A DNA stretch of 64,000 nucleotides from an uncultured delta proteobacterium. GTDB lineage: Bacteria > Myxococcota_A > Polyangia > Palsa-1104. Position numbers and translations under genes: made by a program. Shown here one piece after another: positions 51,972-61,570 of the stretch. Position 1 is the stretch's first letter. The number at the start of each line of letters is the position of its first letter. The DNA is taken from NCBI GenBank assembly GCA_963785725.1, contig CAWAWS010000006.1, forward strand, positions 350,109-414,108, in the 5' to 3' direction. The notes below the pieces were generated by a model. The model had not been told where the DNA came from, ran no database searches, and was given only the letters and a program-made list of their open reading frames with translations.

Positions 51972-52658
51972 ATGGTGGAAAAGGGACACACGAGTCGCGA
52001 GTTCGATCGAGAGCTGCGCACGTTGCGCGACAAGCTGCTGGCCATGGGCGGGCGCGCCGAGCAGCAGATCGGCCGCGCCGTGCAGGCGATGATCAAGCGC
52101 GACGACGTCATCGCGCAGCAGGTCATCGACGACGACGAGAAGATCGATCAAGACGAGATCGGCATCGATGAGCTGGCCTTCTTGATCCTGGCGCGCCGGC
52201 AGCCGGTGGCGAGCGATCTGCGCTTCGTCATGCTGGCGCTCAAAGTGGTGACCGATCTCGAGCGCATCGGCGATCTGGCGGTCAACATCGCCAAGCGGCA
52301 AAAAGATCTGTCGCGCTATCCGGTGGCGGCGGCGCAGACGCGCATCGAGACCTTGGCGCAGCGCGTGCTGGCGGCGTTGCAGCTGGCGCTCGACGCCTTC
52401 GTGCACGCCGATGCCGAGCGCGCCGAGCAGGTCATCGAAGGCGATCGCGAGATCGACAGCATCAACACCGGCGTCATCGCCGACATCATCTCGCTCGACG
52501 TCGACGACAACAACGTCGTCGCGCGTTCGCTGGCGCTGTCGTCGGTGTCACGTTACTTGGAACGCATCGGTGACCACGCGACCAACATCGCCGAAATGGT
52601 CATTTATTTCGTACGCGGACGCGACGTCCGCCACCACTGGCCACGGCCTCGGGGGTGA
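51972..52658 (+). CDS. phoU: Phosphate signalling protein PhoU
   Basis: QPVASDLR, DLERIGD, YLERIGDHATNIAE. Confidence 0.96.
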   Translation: MVEKGHTSREFDRELRTLRDKLLAMGGRAEQQIGRAVQAMIKRDDVIAQQVIDDDEKIDQDEIGIDELAFLILARRQPVASDLRFVMLALKVVTDLERIGDLAVNIAKRQKDLSRYPVAAAQTRIETLAQRVLAALQLALDAFVHADAERAEQVIEGDREIDSINTGVIADIISLDVDDNNVVARSLALSSVSRYLERIGDHATNIAEMVIYFVRGRDVRHHWPRPRG

Positions 52659-52659
52659 C

Positions 52660-53400
52660 ATGCACGCGGAGAGTCATATGACGTGGGAAGGCTCGCGCAC
52701 GGCGCCAATCGTTCTCGTCGTCGACGATGAGAAGGATCTGCGTAGCCTGCTCGACTTCAACCTGAAGCAGTCGGGCTATCGGACCTTGCAAGCGGCGACA
52801 GGCCAAGAGGCGCTCATGCAAGCGCAGCGGCACGCGCCCGACATGATCCTGCTCGATCTCAACCTGCCCGACTTGTCGGGGATCGAAGTGGCGCGGCGGC
52901 TCAAAGCCGATCCCGAGACGCGCGAGATCCCGATCGTCATGCTGACGGCGCGCGGCTCGGAGGCCGATCGCATCGCCGGGTTCGAGCTGGGCGCGGAAGA
53001 CTACGTGCCGAAGCCGTTCAGCGTGCGCGAGCTCATCCTGCGGCTGAACGTCGTGCGCCGCCGCCTGTCGGTACCGCGCGGTACCGATGAGCCGCAAGAG
53101 GCGCGCCGCTTGACCTGCGGCCCGATCGACGTCGACCTGGACGCTTGCTTGGTGCGCGTCGAAGGCCGCGATCTGGCCTTGGCGCTGCTCGAGTTCCGTC
53201 TACTCGTGTACTTGATGGAAGGGCAGGGCAAGGTGCGGACGCGCGAGCAGCTGCTCAAGCACGTCTGGTCCTACCCGGTCGACTCGGCCACGCGCACCAT
53301 CGAGACGCACGTGAAACGGCTGCGCGCCAAGCTGGGTCAGGCCGGTGAGCGCATCGAGACCGTCCGCAGCATCGGCTACCGCATCCGCGTCGAATCCTGA
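52660..53400 (+). CDS. PhoB-like response regulator (paralogue 2)
   Basis: REC + winged helix; RTIETHVKRLRAKL; directly after phoU. Confidence 0.9.
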   Translation: MHAESHMTWEGSRTAPIVLVVDDEKDLRSLLDFNLKQSGYRTLQAATGQEALMQAQRHAPDMILLDLNLPDLSGIEVARRLKADPETREIPIVMLTARGSEADRIAGFELGAEDYVPKPFSVRELILRLNVVRRRLSVPRGTDEPQEARRLTCGPIDVDLDACLVRVEGRDLALALLEFRLLVYLMEGQGKVRTREQLLKHVWSYPVDSATRTIETHVKRLRAKLGQAGERIETVRSIGYRIRVES

Positions 53401-53555
53401 ACGCACTCCCGCATTCTGCCGTCACATTACCGCGTTTCCTACTTGTCACGATGTGCGCAATTGTGCGCAAGCCGACAGGATTTCGCAGACGTTTGACCTA
53501 ACCGAAACTCGACCCGAACGAGAACGTTGCAGGCGCCCTGTAGCTTTCTCGCAAG

Positions 53556-54356
53556 ATGATCGAGACCCTGGCGCATCTTTCAGATCTCCATCTCGGACGC
53601 TCGCCCGAGCACGACGCGGTCGTCGCGCAGCTCGTGGACTCGTTGGCGGGCATCGACCACGTCGTCGTCTCCGGCGACATCACCGATCGCGGTAAGCAGC
53701 ACGAATTCGACCGCTTCGAGCGGCTGTTCGCGCCGCTGTTGGCCGCGGGACGCCTGAGCGTCATCCCCGGCAACCACGATCGCCTGGGCGACGACATGGG
53801 CGCCAGGCTGCGCAAGGGCGCGCGCGTGCAGACGACCGACGCCGGCGGCGCCTTCATCGTGCGCGTCGACTCGACCGGCGATCACAACCGCTTCCTGCTC
53901 GCCGGTCACAGCGAGCTCGACGACGAAGTCATCGACGAAGTCATCGCTGCCGTCGACGGCGCGCCGGCGCGTCGCCTGGTCGTGGTCACGCTGCATCATC
54001 ATCCGCTGCCGCTGCCGGAAGAGACCTTCTCGGAGCTGCTGGCGACGCGCGTGGGACTGCCCTATGCGACCGAGATGCGGCTCGGCCACGCGCTGCTCAA
54101 CGACTTGCGCGGTCGCTGCGACCTCGTCTTGCACGGCCATCGCCACCGCCCGCGCGCGACGACGCTGTGGGCCAACGAAGCGCGTCCGCTCGGCCTCTAC
54201 AACGCCGGCTGCAGCCCGGCGCTCGGCCGTTTTCGCTTGTTCGCACACACCGGCGGCCGACTCCTCGGCGCGCCCGGTTGGCTCGACGCCCGTGAGCAGG
54301 CACCGCTGATGCGGGCCCGCGAACGGCGCCTCACCGGAACGGAGGCCCGCTCATGA
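53556..54356 (+). CDS. Calcineurin-like metallophosphoesterase
   Basis: SDLH, GDITD, GNHD, HHHP, HGHRH. Confidence 0.9.
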   Translation: MIETLAHLSDLHLGRSPEHDAVVAQLVDSLAGIDHVVVSGDITDRGKQHEFDRFERLFAPLLAAGRLSVIPGNHDRLGDDMGARLRKGARVQTTDAGGAFIVRVDSTGDHNRFLLAGHSELDDEVIDEVIAAVDGAPARRLVVVTLHHHPLPLPEETFSELLATRVGLPYATEMRLGHALLNDLRGRCDLVLHGHRHRPRATTLWANEARPLGLYNAGCSPALGRFRLFAHTGGRLLGAPGWLDAREQAPLMRARERRLTGTEARS

Positions 54357-55582
54357 TGTCTACGGTCAGCCTCGTCCTCTTTGGTTGTGCCGGCTTCGGC
54401 TTACTCCTATATGCAATTCAGCTGGCCGCGGTCGTCGGTCATCGGCGCGGTCGCTATCGGCTGCCGGCGCATCGTCCCGGCATCACGATCCTGAAGCCGC
54501 TCTGTGGTCTCGACGACGATCTGGCCGAGAACCTCGAGTGCTTCGTGGCGCTGCCTTATGATCGCTTCGAGATCCTACTCGGCGTACGCGATCGCAATGA
54601 CGCCGCCTATCCGACGGCGGCGCTGTTCGCCAAGCGTCACCCCGGTCGCGTGCGGCTGGTGCTGCAAGACGGCACGCCCGGCCTCAACCCCAAGGTCGCG
54701 CAGCTCATCGGCTTGGCGCGCGCGGCGCGCTACGACATCCTCGTCGTCAGCGACTCCAACGTGCGCGTCGCCGGCGACTACTTGCTCGAGATCGCGGCCC
54801 ACTTCGAAGATCGCCGCGTCGGCCTCGTCACCCATCCCGTCGTCGGCGTCGACGAAGCGCGCTTCGGCTCGCTGATGGACAACTTGCACCTGGCGTCCGC
54901 CATCGGCGCGGGCATGATCGGCGCCAAGCGCGTGGTCGGCCAAGACGTCGTCGTCGGCAAGTCGATGGCTTTTCGCCGCGCCGATCTCGACGCGCTCGGC
55001 GGCTTCACCATCGTCGCCGACGTGCTCGCCGAGGACTTCGTGCTCGGCCGCATGGTCGGCCGCCGCCTCGGCAAGCGCGTCGTCGTCGCCGGCACGCCGG
55101 TCTACAACGTGTCGCGCCGCCGCGACGCGCGCGAGTTCTATCGTCGCTATGCGCGCTGGAGCGTCATTCACCGCCAGGCCATCGGCGCCAGCATGTACGC
55201 CGGCCAGTCGCTGTTGAACCCGACCTTGTTCGCGGCGCTGGCGCTCATCGTCTGTCCGAGCCGCACGTCGCTCTATGGTTTCGGGCTCGTCGTCACGCTC
55301 AAGCTGGCGTATGACGCGGCGGCTTTGCACTTCATGCGCGGCGGTCGCGTCCCGCTCGCCACCGTCGTCGCGTCGCCGGCCAAGGATGCGCTGTTGGCGA
55401 TGGCGTGGGCGAGCGGCCTCGTGCGCCGTCACGTCGACTGGCGCGGCAACTCGCTGCGCGTCCTGCCCGGCACGCGTCTGCAAGCGCCGCCCGGCTTCGT
55501 GCGCACGTTCTCGAATGGCGCGCAGATGCCGGCGCTCGGCTGGAACGCGCCCGCGCGGCGCACGGCAAACGCGCGCCACTAA
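54353..55582 (+). CDS. GT21/GT2 ceramide-glucosyltransferase-like (HpnI-like) glycosyltransferase
   Basis: ILKPLCG, NPKV, SDSNV, GKSM, LAED, RYARW, WRG; ATGA overlap with phosphoesterase. Confidence 0.88.
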   Translation: MMSTVSLVLFGCAGFGLLLYAIQLAAVVGHRRGRYRLPAHRPGITILKPLCGLDDDLAENLECFVALPYDRFEILLGVRDRNDAAYPTAALFAKRHPGRVRLVLQDGTPGLNPKVAQLIGLARAARYDILVVSDSNVRVAGDYLLEIAAHFEDRRVGLVTHPVVGVDEARFGSLMDNLHLASAIGAGMIGAKRVVGQDVVVGKSMAFRRADLDALGGFTIVADVLAEDFVLGRMVGRRLGKRVVVAGTPVYNVSRRRDAREFYRRYARWSVIHRQAIGASMYAGQSLLNPTLFAALALIVCPSRTSLYGFGLVVTLKLAYDAAALHFMRGGRVPLATVVASPAKDALLAMAWASGLVRRHVDWRGNSLRVLPGTRLQAPPGFVRTFSNGAQMPALGWNAPARRTANARH

Positions 55583-55746
55583 ATCAGCGCGCACGCTCGA
55601 GCCCCCCCGCGGCCGGACTCCCGGCCGACGCGCGCTTTGCGCGCTCGCTCCAGAATCGCGACGGCTCGGTGCGGGTTTTGACCACCGGCTCCAAACGTTT
55701 GCCAACAGTTCACCCCGCTAAATTCTCGCGTCGTTAACCTCTACTC

Positions 55747-56452
55747 ATGATGCTCAACGAACGCGGACCGGTCCTCATCGTCGACGACGAGCGTGATCTG
55801 CGCGCGCTGCTCGACTTCAACCTGCAGAAAGCCGGCTACACGACGGCCCACGCGGCGACGGGCGCCGAGGCGTTGGCGCGGGCGCGTTCGCTGCGTCCGC
55901 GCGTGGTCGTGCTCGATCTCAACTTGCCCGACGTCTCGGGCATGGACGTGTGCCGCCTGCTGCGCGCCGATCCGGCGACGCGCGATCTGCCGATCTTGAT
56001 GTTGACGGCGAGCGGCTCCGAAGGCGATCGCGTCGGCGGTCTCGAGCTCGGCGCCGACGACTATGTGACCAAGCCATTCTAGCGTGCGCGAGCTCATCCT
56101 GCGCGTCGAGTCGGTGGCGCGGCGCCGGCACGAGTCGGCGCCGGCCAATCAGCGCCTCGGCGCCGGCCGCATCGCGCTCGATCTGGACGCGCACATCTGC
56201 TACGTCGACGGGGTCGAGCTGCCGCTGACGCTGCAGGAGTTCCGCCTCTTGTCGTACCTCATCCAAGGCCGCGGCCGCGTGCGCACGCGCGACGAGCTGC
56301 TCGCCGACGTCTGGAACACCTCGCCCGATCTCGAGACGCGCACGGTCGACACGCACGTCAAGCGGCTGCGCGACAAGCTCGGCGAAGCCGGCGACATCAT
56401 CGAGACCGTCCGCGGCGTCGGCTACCGCATCCGCGAAGCCGCCGCCGAATAG
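55747..56452 (+). CDS. PhoB-like response regulator (paralogue 3); one-base frameshift at about 56080
   Basis: Closely similar to 47246..47944 over full length; KPF-tag-cgtg versus KPFSV in the paralogues. Confidence 0.85.
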
Positions 56453-56467
56453 TCGTCAGCCGCGCGC

Positions 56468-56668
56468 CTACTCTTGCCGGCCCGGATCGACCTGCGACGC
56501 CGTGCCGCCATCGGCGGTCGCGGTCGTCAGGTCGCCGCCGCCCGTATTGCCGGTCGGCTGGGCCATGTCGACTTCGACCGCGGTCGAGCTCTTGTGCGCG
56601 GGAATGATGGAGTCGAGACAGCCCGCACCAAGCACCGCACAGGCCGCCACCAACACCAGCTTCCGCAT
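56468..56668 (-). CDS. Small lipoprotein (66 aa)
   Basis: MRKLVLVAACAVLGAGC lipobox. Confidence 0.7.
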   Translation of the reverse strand: MRKLVLVAACAVLGAGCLDSIIPAHKSSTAVEVDMAQPTGNTGGGDLTTATADGGTASQVDPGRQE

Positions 56669-56680
56669 GCGGCGACTGCC

Positions 56681-56696
56681 TGCGACCTTTGTGCCG
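56681..56696 (-). promoter_or_regulatory. Sigma54-type -24/-12 promoter candidate
   Basis: CGGCAC-AAAGG-TCGCA (GG-N10-GC) 12 nt upstream of ATG 56668. Confidence 0.55.
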
Positions 56697-56838
56697 AGTT
56701 TTAGCTCCCGTAAACCAGCGACAACAATCGATAACACTGCAATCACCGTGGAGCCGCGAGTCTTCGATCGGTGGGACCGTCCACCCCATTTGTATCGCCG
56801 GCGTTGATAGTAACTCGTGAATGAGTTACGAATCGGCC

Positions 56839-57723
56839 ATGTCCAGCTCGACGCCGAAGCTCTGCCTGTTCACCGCGCTCCTCGGCGTCGCCGGCTGCGA
56901 CGTCGCCGGCCCTGAAACGGCCGCTCGCACCAGCGCCGACACCGTCGCTGCCGCTCCGACAGCCGAGCTGCAATTCGCGATCGGCTGGCTGGAGCAGCAG
57001 CGCGGCGCGCTCGTCGACGGCGGCGCGGTCAGCGTCGACTACACCCTCGCGCGGCTGGGCAGCTGTCGCGGCGCCGGCTTCACGCTCGACGCGTTCGCGC
57101 AGTTTGCGCCGAGCGGACAGCTCGTCAGCGGCAGCGTCGTCGACGGCAGCGGCGCCGCGCAGCCGCTGACGATCGCGATCCCCGCCGGCGCCACCTCGGT
57201 CGCGCTCTGGTTCCACAACAGCGACGGCAGCGGCTGCGACGCGTGGGACTCGAATTACGGCGCCAATTGGACGTTCCCCGTCGTCGCCGCACCACCGCCG
57301 GGCGTCGGCTGGGCCGGCAATTACGGCGGCAGCACGTCGCGCGACTGCACGCACGAGGACGGCATCGAGGAGCCGATCGTCATCGACGAGTACGCGCGCG
57401 AGCGGGCCTGCTTGTTCGTCGACGCCGACGTCTGGGTGAGCGGCGTCAGCGACGGCAATCCGGCGCATCCCGAGTGGATCATGGCGCGGGTCGAGTGGTC
57501 GAAGGATGGCGGTGCGACGATGACGGAGTGGCTCGCCGACCAGGGGCGCGTCGGCAACAACGAGCGCTTCCGCTGGCAGATTCCCTACGAGCTGCGCAGC
57601 TTCACCGATTGGGATACGGCGCAGTATTCGCTGGAGTTCTCGACGGACGGTGTGGATTGGTTGGGAGCGGATGGCGGGGTGAAGCGGACGATCGAGCGCG
57701 ACTTCCAGCTCTCGTCGGACTAG
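56839..57723 (+). CDS. Lipoprotein, DUF6209-like / carbohydrate-binding-module-like
   Basis: LLGVAGC lipobox; VALWFHNS..CDAWDSNYGANWTF; VGNN. Confidence 0.75.
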   Translation: MSSSTPKLCLFTALLGVAGCDVAGPETAARTSADTVAAAPTAELQFAIGWLEQQRGALVDGGAVSVDYTLARLGSCRGAGFTLDAFAQFAPSGQLVSGSVVDGSGAAQPLTIAIPAGATSVALWFHNSDGSGCDAWDSNYGANWTFPVVAAPPPGVGWAGNYGGSTSRDCTHEDGIEEPIVIDEYARERACLFVDADVWVSGVSDGNPAHPEWIMARVEWSKDGGATMTEWLADQGRVGNNERFRWQIPYELRSFTDWDTAQYSLEFSTDGVDWLGADGGVKRTIERDFQLSSD

Positions 57724-57733
57724 CTGCGACTGC

Positions 57734-58606
57734 TTACTGCGAGCAGACCTGAGCGCCGTTGGAGATCTCGCAGGCGCCGACCGGGCAGGTGACGCCGTCG
57801 CACAAGCTGCCCGAGCCGTCGATGCAGCTGCCGTCGTCGCAGATCTGGCCGGTGGCGCAGGTGACGCCGCTGCACTTGTCGGTGACGCACTGGTTGAGCC
57901 GGCAGACGTCGCCGGTGGCGCAATCGGCGCTGGTGCCGCAGGTCGGCGGCGTAACCGCGCCACCACCACCGCCGCCGCCGCCCGCGCTGCCGCCGCCACC
58001 GGCCATGCCGCCGCCGCAGCCGTTCTTGATCTCGGTGGTCTTGATCTTGGCGTTCGCGCTCAAGATGTAGTCGTGCAGGCCGGGATGCGTGAACGTCGAG
58101 ATGTGCGGATCGAAGTCGAGGATCATCGTGCCCATCGCGCACGAGTCGAGGTCGATCTTGCCGGTGATGTTGATGAAGCCGCTGTCGGGCACGGTCAGCG
58201 GCTTTTTGTCGCCGTTCTGCAGCACGACGTAGTCACTCAGCTGATCGAGCACCATGCGCAGCTCGGTCACTTTGCCGGCCGGGATGGTCCCGACGCCGAG
58301 CGTGCTCAGCGCTTTGTCGTCGAGCGTGAGCAGGTCGACCTGCTCCGGCGTCTGCTCGAGCGTGACCCACGAGCCGCTGATCTTGGCGTCGATCTCGTTG
58401 ACGGTGACGATGGCCGAGACGACGGTCCAGTCTTTGTTCTGATGACAGTACGACTGGTAGTTCGCGTCGAAGAGCTGGACGGTGTCCGAAGCGCCCGTGA
58501 GCGAGAAGGTGACGTCGCCCGGCTGGCCGCTAATCTGGCCCGCACAACCGACCATCGCCAGGGCCACAAAGCCGACCATCATCGTCGTCATCGTCATCGG
58601 GCGCAT
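57734..58606 (-). CDS. DUF4382-like lipoprotein with Cys-rich C-terminus
   Basis: GAGGAG RBS; AMVGC lipobox; VDLLTL, IPAGKVTELRM, LTVP, ILDFD; Gly linker and Cys repeats. Confidence 0.8.
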   Translation of the reverse strand: MRPMTMTTMMVGFVALAMVGCAGQISGQPGDVTFSLTGASDTVQLFDANYQSYCHQNKDWTVVSAIVTVNEIDAKISGSWVTLEQTPEQVDLLTLDDKALSTLGVGTIPAGKVTELRMVLDQLSDYVVLQNGDKKPLTVPDSGFINITGKIDLDSCAMGTMILDFDPHISTFTHPGLHDYILSANAKIKTTEIKNGCGGGMAGGGGSAGGGGGGGGAVTPPTCGTSADCATGDVCRLNQCVTDKCSGVTCATGQICDDGSCIDGSGSLCDGVTCPVGACEISNGAQVCSQ

Positions 58607-58648
58607 CGCGTCTCCTCTTCCACACATCGGGTTCATGGTGGGACGCAG

Positions 58649-58664
58649 TGCAACCCAAGGACCA
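58649..58664 (-). promoter_or_regulatory. Sigma54-type -24/-12 promoter candidate
   Basis: TGGTCC-TTGGG-TTGCA (GG-N10-GC) about 43 nt upstream of ATG 58606. Confidence 0.55.
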
Positions 58665-58801
58665 ACTTGGAGGACATGGCGCACGTCCACACCTGCCGCG
58701 GCTTTACGAGGCGACGAAGTGGACGAGGAGGGTGTTCGTAGGTCGGCGGGGGACTCGTGACCCGATCGAATCTCGGAAGCAGCCTCCGAAATCCGGAGGT
58801 G

Positions 58802-59614
58802 CTAGTGCGGGACGACGGTGATGGGCGCGCTGTTGGTGCGCGAGAGCTCGACGGCGAGCACGGCCGCGCCCGCGCCCACGACGGCGACGCCGGCGAGCAC
58901 GCCCCAGAACCAGCCGCGCTTATAGACGGGCGTCTTCAGGCGCGCGACGCTGATTTCGAGCGGCTGCCCCAAGCTGCCGGCGGTGGCTACGGAGGCGCCG
59001 GCGTCGTCGAGCAGCACCACGTGGTAGTCGAGCGCCGGGGCGTGCACCGCCAGGCCGGGCACCGTGGCGGCGAAGCGCCCGTCGCTGCCGCCGTCGACGG
59101 TGGCGCGCGCGAAGGTCGCCTCGCTGCTCCCGCGGAAATAGAGCGTCATCTTACGCGCCATACCGCCCGGGTAATCGACCCGCACCGTGAGCGCCTGACC
59201 TTCGTGCGGCGCCGCCGGGTCGACGATCGGCTTGAGCTGCGGCAAGCCGGACGCAGCGCGATTCGACGTCGCCACTTGCGCCTTGGCCTCCTCGAACACC
59301 GCGCGAACCTTGGGCGCCACGCTGCGATCGAGCGACGCCGAGGCGTCGATGCGCAGCAGGTGCTGGAAGTCGGCGCGCGCCGCGTCGTTGTTGCCCATCG
59401 CCGCATAGGCGAGCCCGAGTGTGCGGTAGGTGACGAGCTTTTCTTCGCGTGTCAGCGACTCCGTGCGCGCCTGCTCCAGCGCCGCCACCGCCCCCGCATA
59501 ATCGAGGTCCCCATAAGCCGCCAACCCGCGCTTCACCAACGGGCTATCCACATCGGCATAAACGACCCCGGCACAAGCAAGCGACACACAGACAACGAAC
59601 GCGATAATTTTCAT
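58802..59614 (-). CDS. Exported TPR protein with Ig-like region and C-terminal TM
   Basis: Signal peptide, TPR helices, PVYKRGWFWG + hydrophobic tail. Confidence 0.82.
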   Translation of the reverse strand: MKIIAFVVCVSLACAGVVYADVDSPLVKRGLAAYGDLDYAGAVAALEQARTESLTREEKLVTYRTLGLAYAAMGNNDAARADFQHLLRIDASASLDRSVAPKVRAVFEEAKAQVATSNRAASGLPQLKPIVDPAAPHEGQALTVRVDYPGGMARKMTLYFRGSSEATFARATVDGGSDGRFAATVPGLAVHAPALDYHVVLLDDAGASVATAGSLGQPLEISVARLKTPVYKRGWFWGVLAGVAVVGAGAAVLAVELSRTNSAPITVVPH

Positions 59615-59634
59615 AACGTATCCAGGGCCTCTGC

Positions 59635-59890
59635 CAGCCAGAGCGGAGACAAAATGGGCGCGCGCGAGTTGTCTCCCGCAGCCCGTAGGGCGAGGACTGT
59701 CTGAGCGCGCGCCCGTTTTGTCGGAGCGACTGTCGCCCGCTTTGTCGGAGCGACTGTCGCCCGTTTTGTCGGAGCGACTGCCGTCCGCTTCGGCAGCCAG
59801 AGCGGAGACAAAATGGGCGCGCGCGAGTTGTCTCCCGCAGCCCGTAGGGCGAGGACTGTCCGAGCGCGCGCCCGTTTTGTCGGAGCGACT
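59635..59890. repeat. REP/BIME-like composite repeat
   Basis: Two 97-bp direct repeats (59635-59731, 59794-59890; one mismatch), each with an 18-bp inverted repeat; three tandem ~24-bp subrepeats at 59710-59780. Confidence 0.9.
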
Positions 59891-59897
59891 CGCACGC

Positions 59898-61271
59898 TTA
59901 TTTCCAGTTGACGTTGGTGCTCGTCGTGATCGGGCACCCGCACGTGGTGGTCGCCGAGAGCCGCGCCTTGCCCACCCACGTGTTCGAGCCGTCGTCTTCA
60001 TAAGTGAAGCAGACGCAGCCGGTGGTGAACTGATTGCAGACCACTTTCTCCACCGGGCTCGCGCAGCTCAGCAGACTGATGGTGCCGGTGGCGTTGTAGG
60101 CTTTGGCGGCGTCGGTGGCGTCGTTGACGTCGTAGACGCCGAGCGGATCGCAGTCGATGAAGCTGTGGCCGTAGCCGTCGGAGTGCGTGGCTTCGCAGCC
60201 GCCGGCGTAAGTGCCCGACGGGCAGCAGCCGCCGTTGACGTCGCCGAGCTTGGGGCACTCGCAGCCGTCGCTGGCTTTGCCGTTGCAGTCGGCGAAGCCG
60301 GTGTTGCAGCTGGCGATGGTGCACGTGCCGGCCGGACAGGCAGCGGTCGCCTGCGTCAGCGTGCAGGCGGTGTCGCAGCCGCCGCAATGCTGGATCGTGT
60401 GGATGTTGGTCTCGCAGCCGTCGTCGGCGGCGGGCGCGGCCGGCTCGGTGCAGTCGGCGAAGCCGGCGTCGCACGTCGGCTTGCACACGGAGCCCGCGCA
60501 GTCGGTGGCGGCGACGCCGGCGCTGCCCGCGGCCACGCAGGCGCGTCCGCAGCCGCCGCAGTTGTCGACGTCGTTGGTGGTGTTGACGCACAGCTCGGAG
60601 CAGCACATCAGATTCGCGTCGCACATGCTGCCCGACGACGGATCGCAGCCGTTGACGCAGGCGCCGGCGGGCGAGCAGCGCTGATCGGTCGGGCAATCGC
60701 TGCCGGTCAGGCACGTCACGCATTGATGGTTGGAGACGAGGCACTTGGGCGACGTCGGCGTGCCGATACAGTCGGCGTCGGTGCGGCAGCCGGGGAAGCA
60801 GTGATTTTCGAGACCGCACCAAAAGCCGGTCGGGCAGTCGTCGGGCGACTGCGTGCAGGTGGCGGCGTCGGGCGTGGCGACGAGGCCGGCGAGGTCGAGC
60901 GGAGGCGTCAACGTCAGGTTGAAGCAGGCGGGCGTGTCGGCCTTGAGCGTGACGACGCTGCAGGCGGAGCCGACGAGCTGCGTGGCGGCGGCGTCGGCGA
61001 ACGCAGACACGACGAGCACGTGGCGACCGGCGGGCACGTCGAGCTTGATGGCGACGCCCTCTTTGACGACCGACGTCTGCGACGGCGCGGGCGCGCCGGC
61101 GGCGATGACGTCGCCGTTGCAGCCGATGCCGCCGCTGTAAACGTCGAGACGAACGAGCGCGGCGCTCATGAGAATCGCGCTCACACCCATCGTCGGGCAG
61201 TTGGGCGACTCCTTCTTACAGCCGCTCAGCGACACCGCGAGGCACAGCCAGATCGTCGAGGCCAGACGCAT
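59898..61271 (-). CDS. Cys-rich lipoprotein
   Basis: SLSGC lipobox; NCGGCGRAC, CDAGFADC..DGCE repeats. Confidence 0.85.
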   Translation of the reverse strand: MRLASTIWLCLAVSLSGCKKESPNCPTMGVSAILMSAALVRLDVYSGGIGCNGDVIAAGAPAPSQTSVVKEGVAIKLDVPAGRHVLVVSAFADAAATQLVGSACSVVTLKADTPACFNLTLTPPLDLAGLVATPDAATCTQSPDDCPTGFWCGLENHCFPGCRTDADCIGTPTSPKCLVSNHQCVTCLTGSDCPTDQRCSPAGACVNGCDPSSGSMCDANLMCCSELCVNTTNDVDNCGGCGRACVAAGSAGVAATDCAGSVCKPTCDAGFADCTEPAAPAADDGCETNIHTIQHCGGCDTACTLTQATAACPAGTCTIASCNTGFADCNGKASDGCECPKLGDVNGGCCPSGTYAGGCEATHSDGYGHSFIDCDPLGVYDVNDATDAAKAYNATGTISLLSCASPVEKVVCNQFTTGCVCFTYEDDGSNTWVGKARLSATTTCGCPITTSTNVNWK

Positions 61272-61570
61272 TCGAGCACATTGTAAAGGGCGCGATTGTC
61301 ACCATCAATTGTTCGTATTTCCGTCGGTGAGCGCACGAATGCAAAGCGCATAGAGCCGCTTATTTAAGGGCCGAACGAAATGACGGCAATTGACGCTGCA
61401 GTCCCGACTCGCGCCTTCATCGTGCGCTTGGCGATCACGATCGGGCACGATCGGACCCGGGCGCGCACCGTTCCCTCTCACGCATTTTCGTGACGAAGCG
61501 ACAAGCGCAACGCCGCGTACACAAAAGGTTCCCCGTTGATCTTCGACGCGGGCAGGCTGATGCTGCTGTT

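Noticed and set aside
15431..56080. Programmed frameshifting or phase variation at the six broken genes
   Set aside because: No slippery heptamers or long homopolymer/SSR tracts; unrelated genes affected in the same +1 manner
59635..59890. Possible CRISPR array
   Set aside because: Repeats are directly tandem with no unique spacers, and no cas genes are present
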